From a virus: a stretch of DNA of 42,306 nucleotides. The notes below the pieces were generated by a model. That model ran no database searches. It was not told the origin of the DNA and saw only the letters and a list, made by a program, of their open reading frames with translations. The position numbers and the translations under genes are program-made. Below are positions 28,335 to 37,776 of the stretch, piece by piece. Where the stretch lies: IMG/VR virus record IMGVR_UViG_3300021057_000009, positions 1 through 42,306 of that record; one strand, 5' to 3'. Each line of letters starts with the position of its first letter. Positions within the stretch are counted from its first letter, which is position 1.

Positions 28335-29569
28335 TACATCCTCGACATAGGGCCGTAGTTGCCTCCCAATTGGAGGTAATCAAGGCCGTGGAATGAGTAA
28401 GGGTGACGCTTCATTGAGTGCTTGGGTCGAAGAAGTTGGGGCAGCCAATCCATTCGATCCATGTTGGTTCGCCTGAGAGTTTTCATTTCATCTGTATACA
28501 AACCGAAGAATTTATCCCCCTCAGTGGTCTGATTCTGCTCATACTTCATCTTGGCAGTGGATAGGAGAATGAGAGCCTCATCAAAGTCCTGACCCAGTTC
28601 ATGCACATCCTGGTTGTTCACCAATCGGTATGGATTCTTGTAGTAGTAGATATTGATCTCAAACGCTGATTGAGGAAGGGGCCATATCTGCATCTTCTTG
28701 TATAAAATACCGGCAGTAGTGTCCCCTACTGGTAATACTGCAATAGTAGTATTGGCCGAATCCGCATCCACGGTGATACGCCCAACTGTTGAACTATCCT
28801 TCACCACCCGCTCAACTTCTGAGAATGATTTCGTGCCGCTGACTGCCGTGGTGCCGTTGGAAGCATTGGTAGTAATTTGCTCGAAGTCTGGATAGCCAGA
28901 AACAGTGCCGAACACAGTGATGACTTTCGATGTATCACTGGAAGAGGAACTAGCAACCCTCATAACCCCTGCTTGCTTGGGTTGAGAGATCACCATGTTT
29001 TCCCCCCACATCCTGTAATGAGTCGGAGTAGAGGAAGTGTTCAGCGTCACACCGGAGGAGAAAAATTCTTGATCTGGGATGAAAGAAAGTTGATAAGGGT
29101 ACCCAAACTCATCATGCCAAGCAAATATCTTCGTAGCTTGAATGGGTAGGTTGTACTCATGATTTCCGTAGATCTTATAAGTCTGAGTAGTCGAAGTAGT
29201 TCCGTCGTAGGATTTATCAACAGTGAATGTAGTCTCACCTGTGATAGTGCGAATTTGATAAACATCAGTGGAACCACCAAGAGTCACGTATCTGCCGATC
29301 TTAATGCCAGCAGTGATGAGTAGAGCCCCCGTCACAGTGACATTCTTCGACCCATTGGTAACGGCCACATTGCCGCTTCCTGTCGTGTAATCCCCCTCAG
29401 TCGTGACATAAGTCTTCCGTCTCAAATTAACCCACGGACACTCACGGGCTATGCGGAATAAAGACGCATTGATCGTGTTCTTGATACCATCATCGAAACC
29501 AGTTCCCCCTTGGTCCCGAGTGGCCCTTCGCTTTACTTCTGTTTGAAGGTCTTGAAAGGTGAAAGACAT
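28334..29569 (-). CDS. Tail/adaptor structural protein, 411 aa
   Basis: Position between the head genes and the 507-aa tail protein, with 1-nt overlaps on both sides. Confidence 0.5.
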   Translation of the reverse strand: MSFTFQDLQTEVKRRATRDQGGTGFDDGIKNTINASLFRIARECPWVNLRRKTYVTTEGDYTTGSGNVAVTNGSKNVTVTGALLITAGIKIGRYVTLGGSTDVYQIRTITGETTFTVDKSYDGTTSTTQTYKIYGNHEYNLPIQATKIFAWHDEFGYPYQLSFIPDQEFFSSGVTLNTSSTPTHYRMWGENMVISQPKQAGVMRVASSSSSDTSKVITVFGTVSGYPDFEQITTNASNGTTAVSGTKSFSEVERVVKDSSTVGRITVDADSANTTIAVLPVGDTTAGILYKKMQIWPLPQSAFEINIYYYKNPYRLVNNQDVHELGQDFDEALILLSTAKMKYEQNQTTEGDKFFGLYTDEMKTLRRTNMDRMDWLPQLLRPKHSMKRHPYSFHGLDYLQLGGNYGPMSRM

Positions 29570-29802
29570 TAGTGGAATTTTCCTAGAACATTAATCAACG
29601 TGTAAGCTCCAAAACCCATCCACGCAATTCTTTGAAGCCACTTCACATCGTTTCTGATTTCCCGTTCAATACGAGTGTCGTTATCAACATGTTCCTCAAA
29701 CTTCTTCATGAAATTGGCAAGGTTGGCATCAATTCGAGTCAATAAGTCATGGTCTCGTTGATTCACTTTTCTTCTTTCCTCGCCATTCCATGAATCACTC
29801 AT
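29569..29802 (-). CDS. Small C-terminally membrane-anchored protein, 77 aa
   Basis: ORF track entry with C-terminal hydrophobic IAWMGFGAYTLINVLG. Confidence 0.5.
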   Translation of the reverse strand: MSDSWNGEERRKVNQRDHDLLTRIDANLANFMKKFEEHVDNDTRIEREIRNDVKWLQRIAWMGFGAYTLINVLGKFH

Positions 29803-29811
29803 GGCAAGTTA

Positions 29812-30237
29812 CTAAACTCCAGCACGAGTCCCAGGAACGTCATCAGGGAAACCGAAACCGCCAGGACGAGTCTTACCCTGTCTGGCCGTATCTTCACCGC
29901 CACCGATGAAGTTTCCCGGCTGCTTCCTATCGAGGTCTTTATGTTCATTGATTTTGGCCTTATTTTCCTCATAGGCTATTTCCGCTCTGCGCTTGTCGTA
30001 GTTGAACATCTTCAAATATTCCTCTACGTTCTTAAATCCAAGCTGACGCGCTCTCATAACAAGCTCAGGGTCCACGCTGTAGTGCATCCCAAGATGGGTC
30101 ACGTTCTGTTCCTTCAGCATCTCCATGGCTGCACGATCCGGGCCTTCATAAATCTCTTGACCTTTAGGAGCCTTTGGATCTACTACTCGCTCCATGGCCG
30201 GTTCCCAAATTCCCTCTTTTGAATTAAACGTAGGCAC
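29812..30237 (-). CDS. Hypothetical structural-module protein, 141 aa
   Basis: ORF track entry. GTG start preceded by TAAGGGGGG. Confidence 0.5.
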   Translation of the reverse strand: MPTFNSKEGIWEPAMERVVDPKAPKGQEIYEGPDRAAMEMLKEQNVTHLGMHYSVDPELVMRARQLGFKNVEEYLKMFNYDKRRAEIAYEENKAKINEHKDLDRKQPGNFIGGGEDTARQGKTRPGGFGFPDDVPGTRAGV

Positions 30238-30267
30238 TAGCGTCCCCCCTTACGGTTTAGGCGTGGC

Positions 30268-30624
30268 TTATTGAAGAACAACAGCAATAGCGGTGCATCG
30301 GGCAGTGGCCTGGTTACCGCTTGAACCATCGACGGTTAAGTTGAGTAACGTATCGGCTGAGAGGTCATAACCCTCTTCGCCAAAATCAACCACATACACT
30401 CCAACAGCATCTGCATCCGCTTCAAAGAATCTAGTTCCACCAACTCCGTCCTCTAAAGCCACCTCACCACCCGCCGCAGCAGCAGCAACAGTGACTGTTA
30501 CAATGGCCTTCTTAATTCTTAGCTTTTTTCCAGTCCCCTGAGCCGCGATAACGGTCTTATCCGCATCGCCATTCGCTGCTTCAGCGGTCCCTTGAACTTT
30601 TTTGTAAATCTCACCCGTTAACAT
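30268..30624 (-). CDS. Small Ala/Gly/Val-rich beta protein, 118 aa (decoration-like)
   Basis: ORF track entry. Overlaps the upstream glycosyltransferase stop by 14 nt. Confidence 0.5.
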   Translation of the reverse strand: MLTGEIYKKVQGTAEAANGDADKTVIAAQGTGKKLRIKKAIVTVTVAAAAAGGEVALEDGVGGTRFFEADADAVGVYVVDFGEEGYDLSADTLLNLTVDGSSGNQATARCTAIAVVLQ

Positions 30625-31537
30625 TCACTTCCTCCTTGATCAACGTCTTCATGTGACTCAGCATCGTTCCCACTCGATGATCAATGGTGTGATGCTTCAT
30701 AACTTCTTCAAAGCCAGCTTGTGCAATCTTCTCTCTCTCGTCGTCATGAGCCAGATAATATTTCGCCTTTTCCACCATTTCATCCATCGTCTTATAAGTG
30801 GCAAGGTGTACACCTTCTTTGAAGAATTCATCAATGTCTGGCAGATGATTGGTTAATAGGAACGACCTCGATCCCAACACCTCAAAAACTCTCATGTTCA
30901 GATCATCCAGCATGGAAATGTTGAACACGATTTTGGACTGGGCATACTTCTCAGCGGCTTCGTTGAATAAACGCTGACCGTAGTAAAAGTTTGGGAATTC
31001 CCGGAATAACCGATCTAGAGAATCCTTCCTGTTGGCTGAGTTGATATGCCCGATAAAGCAAACGTCATATTTTTTTGTAAGAAAGTTGTACGGCTCAGGT
31101 TTGTTGCGATTGAATGAATCCGGGTCTAAATAAGCTTCAGGCTCAACAGCGTGAGGTAACCAGTGGACATTGGACACACCATCACGCTTCATCTCTTCCA
31201 CCGCTCTCTTCTGAGCGCAGAAGGTCAGGTCAGCTTGTTTGGCGCATTGGAGCCTGTAGTCATAGCCAAGGTGAGTGTCACTAGCCCAGTAGATCAGTGG
31301 TTTTGCGGGAGGATAAGCTGGCTTATAAGGCAAAAGTCCCGTCAATCCATCTTCACCCCAATCCACCCATACATTGGCGTCATATTGACCAAATGGATTC
31401 AGGTCACCGTCTGGGATCAGATGATCTACTTCGAGTAATCCCTGCTCTTGCATACGCTTAAGGGAACGGAATACATACAGAGGATTCCCATCATTGCGTC
31501 CAAGCCGATTTTCGTAGTAGATCGCCAGTCTTAGCAT
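30611..31537 (-). CDS. Glycosyltransferase, CgeB / Glyco_trans_1_2-like
   Basis: 308 aa. The C-terminal half YDVCFIGH...KIVFNIS...MRVFEVLGSRSFLLTN...EGVHLATY...EREKIAQAG matches the remembered CgeB-type GT pattern. Confidence 0.7.
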   Translation of the reverse strand: MLRLAIYYENRLGRNDGNPLYVFRSLKRMQEQGLLEVDHLIPDGDLNPFGQYDANVWVDWGEDGLTGLLPYKPAYPPAKPLIYWASDTHLGYDYRLQCAKQADLTFCAQKRAVEEMKRDGVSNVHWLPHAVEPEAYLDPDSFNRNKPEPYNFLTKKYDVCFIGHINSANRKDSLDRLFREFPNFYYGQRLFNEAAEKYAQSKIVFNISMLDDLNMRVFEVLGSRSFLLTNHLPDIDEFFKEGVHLATYKTMDEMVEKAKYYLAHDDEREKIAQAGFEEVMKHHTIDHRVGTMLSHMKTLIKEEVNVNG

Positions 31538-32151
31538 TCAACCCCCTTCTCAATAGCCATGGCCCCATGTGACTCCAACGACTCCCGAATAACCTTGTAC
31601 TCAGAATGTTTGTCTAAGAAGTCACAGACAGCATCCCCCATACCAAGTCCCATCTTCTCGTACTTGGAAATCTCTTCTCCGGGGTACGGGTCGCTCGTAC
31701 CGTATCTGTAGGCTTGGCCTGAGTTCTTTCGATAAGTCTCCGTGTCATGCATGACAATCAGGCCACCTGGTTTCAACTTAGGATGAAGGGCTCGAAGTTC
31801 CTCCCTCATAGTCCAGTAGTTGTGATCGGTGTCGATGGAGCAGAAGTCGATCTCATGATCCCTGAAATATCTCATGGCTTTGTAGGACAGGTCATAAATC
31901 CACTCAAACTCTTTTGGAGAATAACGATTATCAAGTTTCATCGTTTCCTCCGCATAAGGGGCATCACTGATGGTATAGAGTTTGAAAGAGTAGATTTCGA
32001 GAAGGGATAAAATCTGCCTGGTGTTCTCCCCTGAAGCGCCGCCACACTCCACTAACACCTTCGGTTGGCGCTCAAGGATGAGTTCCTTCACGTTGAGATG
32101 CTTATCAAAGTGGTTATGCATTAAGCGGTATCGCAGTGACATCGCCTTCAT
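31531..32151 (-). CDS. Class I SAM-dependent methyltransferase (Methyltransf_24/O-MT-like); start may be ATG 32121
   Basis: 206 aa. Motif I LVECGGASGENT and post-I/II LKPGGLIVMHDT. Confidence 0.7.
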   Translation of the reverse strand: MKAMSLRYRLMHNHFDKHLNVKELILERQPKVLVECGGASGENTRQILSLLEIYSFKLYTISDAPYAEETMKLDNRYSPKEFEWIYDLSYKAMRYFRDHEIDFCSIDTDHNYWTMREELRALHPKLKPGGLIVMHDTETYRKNSGQAYRYGTSDPYPGEEISKYEKMGLGMGDAVCDFLDKHSEYKVIRESLESHGAMAIEKGVEC

Positions 32152-33445
32152 AGAAACGATCCAAACTGTTCATGTAAGGCTCACACTTCACCACTGGCTT
32201 ACCCAACACAGCTAAGAAGGAGATTTGATTCTCAGTGTCCTGAGTGTTGCAGTATGCAAACCCAATAGCATCGGCAAGGTGTTTTATGGAATCTTGAGTA
32301 AATGCGTGGTAATGAGTCGGGTCGAGGGGGATGGTATTGAACTTAGTTTCATCCGGTAGGGCCAAGATCAACCTACCACCTGGTTTGAGAATCCTAGTCC
32401 ATTCCTTCAATGTCTGAACCGTATCGGTGCAGTGTTCCAGGATGTGTCTGGCAACTACTACGTCAAACTCATTGTCACTAAAGGGTAAAGGTTTCTCGAC
32501 ATCTGCCACCACATCGGCAACGGATACTTCATTCAGTCCGTGAAGAATTGGTGTGGGAGTTCCTTTTGGTACCCTGTCCACACCTACAGCCCACGCTACA
32601 GTCTTCTTACCGCCACAACCCAGTTCCACTACCTTCTCTTGAGGCTCGATGAATGAGGAGATTAAACACCCCTCTTTGTCATCGGGTACATAGGGAATAC
32701 CCGGATTGACTTGAGCCGAGATAGTATCGAAGAAAGTCTTAAACCCATGCTTCCTGATAAGCGCCTGATTGGTCCTATCAGTCATCTCACGGGAGTTCCA
32801 TCCACCGATGCGATTATGATCCCCATGCACCCTGGTCCCTGTACGGAAACCGGCATGGATGATAAAGGCTTGAGGGGTTACCAATAATTTCTTCCCTGCT
32901 TGCCTTAAGCGAATAGATAGATCAAAATCATCGCCACCAGGCAAAGTATCATCCACCCCTCCCACGGCATCGAGATCGGCCCTCCGTAGCATCACAGTGA
33001 AGAAAATAAGCCAGCGAACTTCGGTATCTCCGATGACTGCGTTACGAGAGTAAATCGACTGGCACCCTGCCGCCGTTGTGGTAATAGGACCAACAGCCGC
33101 TATATCGGGATTACGGAATTTGATAAGCATCTTCTCGTAAAAATTTAGAGAAGAAGTCGGAATCACAGTGTCATCGTTCTGAAAGACAACAAATGGGGCA
33201 TCTGATTTCTCAAGCCCCTTCTTTAACCCACCCTCCCAACCTAAATTCTCAGGACTGTCGATAACGGATACATTCCTCAAACCATGTAACTCATCCTTCA
33301 GTGGCTGCTTCCCGTTATTCACCACAATGAGACGGCCAAAACCACACTCGGTGATCCCAGTCTGAATAATTGACTTCACACAGAAGTGCATATCCTCAGG
33401 GTTATTCCAGGTCGGGATGATGATATCTACCGAGGATTTTGACAT
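32114..33445 (-). CDS. Bifunctional GT2 glycosyltransferase - SAM methyltransferase fusion
   Basis: 443 aa. The N-terminus has VDIIIPTWNNPED, FQNDDTV and GGDDFDLSIRL (GT-A/GT2). The C-terminus has VVELGCGGKKT and ILKPGGRLILALPDE (Methyltransf_11/23-like). Confidence 0.8.
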   Translation of the reverse strand: MSKSSVDIIIPTWNNPEDMHFCVKSIIQTGITECGFGRLIVVNNGKQPLKDELHGLRNVSVIDSPENLGWEGGLKKGLEKSDAPFVVFQNDDTVIPTSSLNFYEKMLIKFRNPDIAAVGPITTTAAGCQSIYSRNAVIGDTEVRWLIFFTVMLRRADLDAVGGVDDTLPGGDDFDLSIRLRQAGKKLLVTPQAFIIHAGFRTGTRVHGDHNRIGGWNSREMTDRTNQALIRKHGFKTFFDTISAQVNPGIPYVPDDKEGCLISSFIEPQEKVVELGCGGKKTVAWAVGVDRVPKGTPTPILHGLNEVSVADVVADVEKPLPFSDNEFDVVVARHILEHCTDTVQTLKEWTRILKPGGRLILALPDETKFNTIPLDPTHYHAFTQDSIKHLADAIGFAYCNTQDTENQISFLAVLGKPVVKCEPYMNSLDRFYEGDVTAIPLNA

Positions 33446-34321
33446 TCAGCCTCCAATTACACAGGTGGGTTGATATTTCTTATAACCATTCGCTGACTTC
33501 TTATCCCAAAGGGGATCTTCTTTCCTGATCCTCTCCACATACTCCTCATCAATGTTCAAAGGACGAGAAAGATGACCCAACTTAGTGGCCGTATCCATGA
33601 ACACCCTGGCTCCGACCTTCTTGGCCTTGTAGCAGAAAAGAATGTCTTCCCCGGTTCCGCAGGTGGACATAAACCGTGGAGTATCCATCTTGTCCAATAC
33701 CCATCTCTTAATCAGCGCAGCCCCGAACCCCACGGCATCGCACTCGACCAATTTATCCTTTGGATAATTCATGACCGATGTGTTCATGAAGTAATCCTTC
33801 TTATTCACATGGTCATAGCCTTCAATAGCGGCATAGATCACAGGCTTATGGGGATAATTACGAGTAAATGCTAGGGGGGCCACAATATCGACGTTATGAG
33901 CATACAAACGCTCAAACATGTCATCAGGACACAACATATCGTCATCAATCATGTAAAGGTAGTCACAATCCCACTCCACACACATCTTGGCTGCTTCCTC
34001 CCTGGCAACTGGAGTGAAGATTCGCCCGATGACAGCGAAGCGGAACTCAAACCTCTTTCCATGAATCTCTCTGGATGATTGAATTGGGTGCATCTTGACC
34101 CACTCAGCCAATATCTCCTGGGCGAGTTTCGGGTCACGATTCGCAATTAGTTCAGCCATTCCCCTTGCAACTTTGGCCCCCTCTTCTAACTTCCCCAAGT
34201 GCATGAAATTGACCAATCGGTTACAGTAAGCTTCCACATGGCAGTAGCCCATTGAAGGAATAGCGACACAAACTCTCACTGTGTTTGGCTCTTTCACTTC
34301 ATTAGGATCAGCTACAATCAT
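33446..34321 (-). CDS. GT-A-fold glycosyltransferase (family-2-like)
   Basis: 291 aa. VCVAIPSMG..., YLYMIDDDMLCP (DxD), VDIVAPL, GFGAALIKR, GEDILFCYKAKKVG, LGH. Confidence 0.65.
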   Translation of the reverse strand: MIVADPNEVKEPNTVRVCVAIPSMGYCHVEAYCNRLVNFMHLGKLEEGAKVARGMAELIANRDPKLAQEILAEWVKMHPIQSSREIHGKRFEFRFAVIGRIFTPVAREEAAKMCVEWDCDYLYMIDDDMLCPDDMFERLYAHNVDIVAPLAFTRNYPHKPVIYAAIEGYDHVNKKDYFMNTSVMNYPKDKLVECDAVGFGAALIKRWVLDKMDTPRFMSTCGTGEDILFCYKAKKVGARVFMDTATKLGHLSRPLNIDEEYVERIRKEDPLWDKKSANGYKKYQPTCVIGG

Positions 34322-34557
34322 CGGATTAGCCCTGCCCAGATCATGACCAGTTCATGCAGCTTAAGAATCACGGGCTGCTTCAACTTATGCCCAAAGTGAG
34401 GAGCGAAAGGACACCGATGAGGGGTGGCACTATGCCCATCCGAAGGACAGGTATGCATAGGAACCAGCCCCCCATCGGTGTCACAACGAAAGACTTCCAA
34501 AGCCTTCTTGAATGGCCTTGAAACCTTCATAGTTGGCTTTAGAAGTCCCAATTTCAT
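34318..34557 (-). CDS. Small Cys/His-rich protein, 79 aa
   Basis: ORF track entry containing CDTDGGLVPMHTCPSDGHSATPHRCPFAPHFGH. Overlaps both neighbours. Confidence 0.45.
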   Translation of the reverse strand: MKLGLLKPTMKVSRPFKKALEVFRCDTDGGLVPMHTCPSDGHSATPHRCPFAPHFGHKLKQPVILKLHELVMIWAGLIR

Positions 34558-35000
34558 TACAGCGCTCTCACCACACCACCCACGTAAGCCGCAGCCGAAA
34601 TAGTGTTCGTCGTGGCGGCGTAGACGTAGCGGTAGAGTAGAGTCGAGATGGCCTGATCCGTCAGCGAGGAGGCGAAGTTACCAGCCACCGCAGAAGGCTT
34701 CAGCGTGTCACCGCGAGTAACGGTGATCGAGCTACCTTCATTGGAGATGAGAACCGAGGAAACATAACCCCAAGCACGAACAAGTCCAAATGCGTTGATA
34801 GCGATATCCTGAACCGCCACACCAACGAAACCTTTGTACGTACCCCCAGTCATCCTCACTGCTGAAGCACCATCAATTGACGCACCCGCCTGGACCAGGC
34901 AAGCACCCAGACCAGTCGTAATGGAACCACCCCCGTCAACATTCTTGACGAGGATCGTCACCGTTTCGGCGTCCGCTCTATTAAGTTGCTGAATCTGCAT
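34557..35000 (-). CDS. Head decoration/cement-like beta protein, 147 aa (DUF2190-like guess)
   Basis: Gly/Ala/Val-rich and located two genes after the capsid gene. The family is guessed from composition and position. Confidence 0.45.
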   Translation of the reverse strand: MQIQQLNRADAETVTILVKNVDGGGSITTGLGACLVQAGASIDGASAVRMTGGTYKGFVGVAVQDIAINAFGLVRAWGYVSSVLISNEGSSITVTRGDTLKPSAVAGNFASSLTDQAISTLLYRYVYAATTNTISAAAYVGGVVRAL

Positions 35001-35079
35001 TACATTCTCCTTTTCTTCTTACCTAAGCTGTGGCTTGGGTTATTAACCACCGGCCCTGGGTCTTAAGCAGAAGTCATTG

Positions 35080-35352
35080 TTAACCGTAAATAAGTGTGAA
35101 TCGTCCGTTGGTCACGTTCGACTGGTTGTTCACCGTAACGGTGATAGTTCCGCTGCTAACCGCAACTGAGCAGGGCGTGGGGCGATCTTCCCCTGAAGTA
35201 GCGTCCTGGTTATAAAAGTTCACCAGATACACTCTCCCACCCTTCAGCGTCACAGTTCCCTCAGCGTCACCAGCATTACCCGACCAATCACCGACGAGTC
35301 CGAGAACACTCCCGAAACTCACGGCTTTGACGTTGCTAGTAGCGAAGGCCAT
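35080..35352 (-). CDS. Small beta-rich head-associated protein, 90 aa
   Basis: ORF track entry immediately downstream of the capsid gene. Confidence 0.5.
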   Translation of the reverse strand: MAFATSNVKAVSFGSVLGLVGDWSGNAGDAEGTVTLKGGRVYLVNFYNQDATSGEDRPTPCSVAVSSGTITVTVNNQSNVTNGRFTLIYG

Positions 35353-35370
35353 TTAATCTAACCCTCCCTA

Positions 35371-36321
35371 TTAGGCAGTGATTCCTGTGAGCTTGAAATG
35401 TCTACGCCGGTTGTTCGTGCAAAGATTCCCGCGCCAGAGGATGAACGCCACTTTCGCCGTCTGGTTGACCGGCATAACAAAGGGAGTCATCGCAAAGTCG
35501 GTTTCCGAATCAACGACCAAATCGACATAGTTCAAGTTCAAACCGAACATGAGACCGGAGCCGACAAAGTTTCCATACACAACAGGGATACCCTTGAAGG
35601 TCAGGTTCGTCGCACCAGCGTTGAACGTGAGGTTGCCGTTTGAGATGCGCTCAAGCGGAAGCCTGGTCTGCTCGAAATACTGGAAGATCGTCTTATTCGT
35701 AAAATAAACCGAAGGACGATCCTCAGAAGCAGACGAAGCCACTGCGTAAGTCGCTGTCGTCATGTCAGTGAGACCCTGGGCCGCGAAGGAACCAGAAGCC
35801 GTCACAGTTGCTTGCCACCAAGTCTCAGTGCCACCGGCCACCGTTCCCAGAGTCCCTGTATTCGCCAGAGTTTCCAGGTCGATGAGGTTATTGGCACCAG
35901 ACACGGGGGTAGACAACGCCTGTTCCAGACGCTTCTGAATCGCCAATTCCGAGCGTTCCATCTTCTCTCCAACGAGGTCGATGATCTTATGCTGATCACC
36001 CGAGTTCGCACGTTCCTCGTCACGAGTAAGCTGGATCGGCTCATAGGCGTTCTGCCAGCGATATTCCACCAGGGTTTCCTGATCCGACTGGGAGGTATTC
36101 AGGCTCGTAGAACCGAGATAGAAACCACCAGCGTTCTGGTCGCCCTTGATGAGCGGGTACACAATCGACGTACCACCGTTGACCATCCGCTTCCTGGACT
36201 TCAGGGTACGGAGGAGAACGTTGGAGTTATACACGTTATCCGTAATCGTCTTCGAGTAGTCAGCTATGGAAGTAGCTAACGTAGCGTCGAGTGACGACGG
36301 GATGAAAAGTTCATTAGCCAT
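35371..36321 (-). CDS. Major capsid protein (HK97-fold by position and size)
   Basis: 316 aa, directly after a scaffold-like gene and after the portal. Typical size for podovirus-type major capsid proteins. Confidence 0.7.
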   Translation of the reverse strand: MANELFIPSSLDATLATSIADYSKTITDNVYNSNVLLRTLKSRKRMVNGGTSIVYPLIKGDQNAGGFYLGSTSLNTSQSDQETLVEYRWQNAYEPIQLTRDEERANSGDQHKIIDLVGEKMERSELAIQKRLEQALSTPVSGANNLIDLETLANTGTLGTVAGGTETWWQATVTASGSFAAQGLTDMTTATYAVASSASEDRPSVYFTNKTIFQYFEQTRLPLERISNGNLTFNAGATNLTFKGIPVVYGNFVGSGLMFGLNLNYVDLVVDSETDFAMTPFVMPVNQTAKVAFILWRGNLCTNNRRRHFKLTGITA

Positions 36322-36344
36322 TTAACTTGCTCCTAAATTCTCGA

Positions 36345-37229
36345 CTACTTCCTCTGAGACATGTTCCATCGAGCAAGACGGGCGATGAAACTTGATGTGC
36401 GCTCACCTTCGGCCCTCATCGGTTTCTCACCAACTTGCTCGACCTTCATGCCCGAAGGCTGAGTCGAGCCGTTTAATTTTTCTTGGAGATTTCCATTGCG
36501 GTCTTCAAGACCGAAACGATAGGCGTTGTCTACGTACTTCTCAAAGTTCTTAGCCTTCCAGATAAGTTCCTTGATCTGCTCGTCATTTACCCGGCCATCA
36601 AGAATGTCTTTCTGGAATGACTCAACCATTTGAGGTTGGTAGTCAGGAAACCTCGACTTCACACGTTCATGCTCCTGGGCGTGTCGCATTTGTTCTTGCT
36701 GAGAGAGTAGGGAGTTAACCTTCCCCTGCAAGTCGGTGAATGCACGTTTATCGGAGTCGGAAAGCGCAGACCACTGTTCCGGGGTACCCTCCCAATTAAC
36801 TGGTGCAGATGCTTGGGCTTGGGACTGGTAGACGGCTTGCGCGGCTTGATTAAAATTGGGGTCTTTCAATAACTGCTGGATTCGCTCAGGGGTCCAAGTG
36901 TTTTGAGATTCCACTTGTTGCTTGAGTTGCTCAACCTGTTTCCTCTGTTCAGCCAAATCCATGTACTTCTTGTTGTAACCGGACTCAAGATCCTTAATCT
37001 TCTTCTCAACAATCGACTTGGCTACTGGATCTTTAATCTCATCAAGCTTGAACTGTTGAGTAATATCCGTCTGCTGAGGCTTTTCCTCTTTCGCAGTAGA
37101 GATGCGCTTAACGATGTCATCAACTTTGATCTGCGGGGAGGCCGTCTCAGTGGTAGGCTGAGTTGAAATATCGGCCACGCTTACCGCAGGGGCTACCTGT
37201 GTGGGTTGTTGCGTGACTTGCTCTGGCAT
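36345..37229 (-). CDS. Scaffolding protein
   Basis: 294 aa, Gln/Glu/Lys-rich with a predicted coiled coil, between portal and capsid. Confidence 0.6.
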   Translation of the reverse strand: MPEQVTQQPTQVAPAVSVADISTQPTTETASPQIKVDDIVKRISTAKEEKPQQTDITQQFKLDEIKDPVAKSIVEKKIKDLESGYNKKYMDLAEQRKQVEQLKQQVESQNTWTPERIQQLLKDPNFNQAAQAVYQSQAQASAPVNWEGTPEQWSALSDSDKRAFTDLQGKVNSLLSQQEQMRHAQEHERVKSRFPDYQPQMVESFQKDILDGRVNDEQIKELIWKAKNFEKYVDNAYRFGLEDRNGNLQEKLNGSTQPSGMKVEQVGEKPMRAEGERTSSFIARLARWNMSQRK

Positions 37230-37250
37230 TGTTTCTCCTTGGCCTTGCTA

Positions 37251-37433
37251 TTAACGAGTCGTTTTGTGTGAACCGTTAATCCTTTGATGACCACGATGAG
37301 AACGGAACCCATCATGACTACCACCGGACTTTTTCATCGTCGTATCAATGATGTTGCACATCTTCGGATACGAATCCTGTTTGTACTTCCCTTTAGAACC
37401 CTTGTGGAGCAACTTGGCTGACGTTTTAATCAT
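37251..37433 (-). CDS. Small basic protein, 60 aa (ATG 37433)
   Basis: Internal ATG of the 63-aa track ORF. Overlaps the upstream stop by 8 nt. Confidence 0.4.
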   Translation of the reverse strand: MIKTSAKLLHKGSKGKYKQDSYPKMCNIIDTTMKKSGGSHDGFRSHRGHQRINGSHKTTR

Positions 37434-37776
37434 GAAATCCACCTTCTTTGGCGTTATGTGGTAATTCCTTCGGCTTCTTTGTGATATCCACTCCCTTTTT
37501 CTTCAATTCCTTGATGAACCGATCTCCAGGAACAAACTTTCCCTTCCTCGATCCCTGTTTAACGGTATTCACCATGTCATGAGCCCACTTTGAGGCTTTG
37601 TAAGGTTTGCGCTCGACGGGAGTGGCTTCAGTGAACGGGATGAGACCTTTTTTCTTCAAATCTCCGTAATAATCCGTCTTGGAGTGGTAATACTTTCCCA
37701 ATTCCCTGTTGTAATGAGGCTTGAACGCAGGGGCTTTGCGAGAATCACTTCCAAACTTCTTCACAATAATGATCAC
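37426..37776 (-). CDS. Basic hypothetical protein, 116 aa
   Basis: ORF track entry with 4-nt overlap with the portal stop. Confidence 0.55.
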   Translation of the reverse strand: MIIIVKKFGSDSRKAPAFKPHYNRELGKYYHSKTDYYGDLKKKGLIPFTEATPVERKPYKASKWAHDMVNTVKQGSRKGKFVPGDRFIKELKKKGVDITKKPKELPHNAKEGGFHD

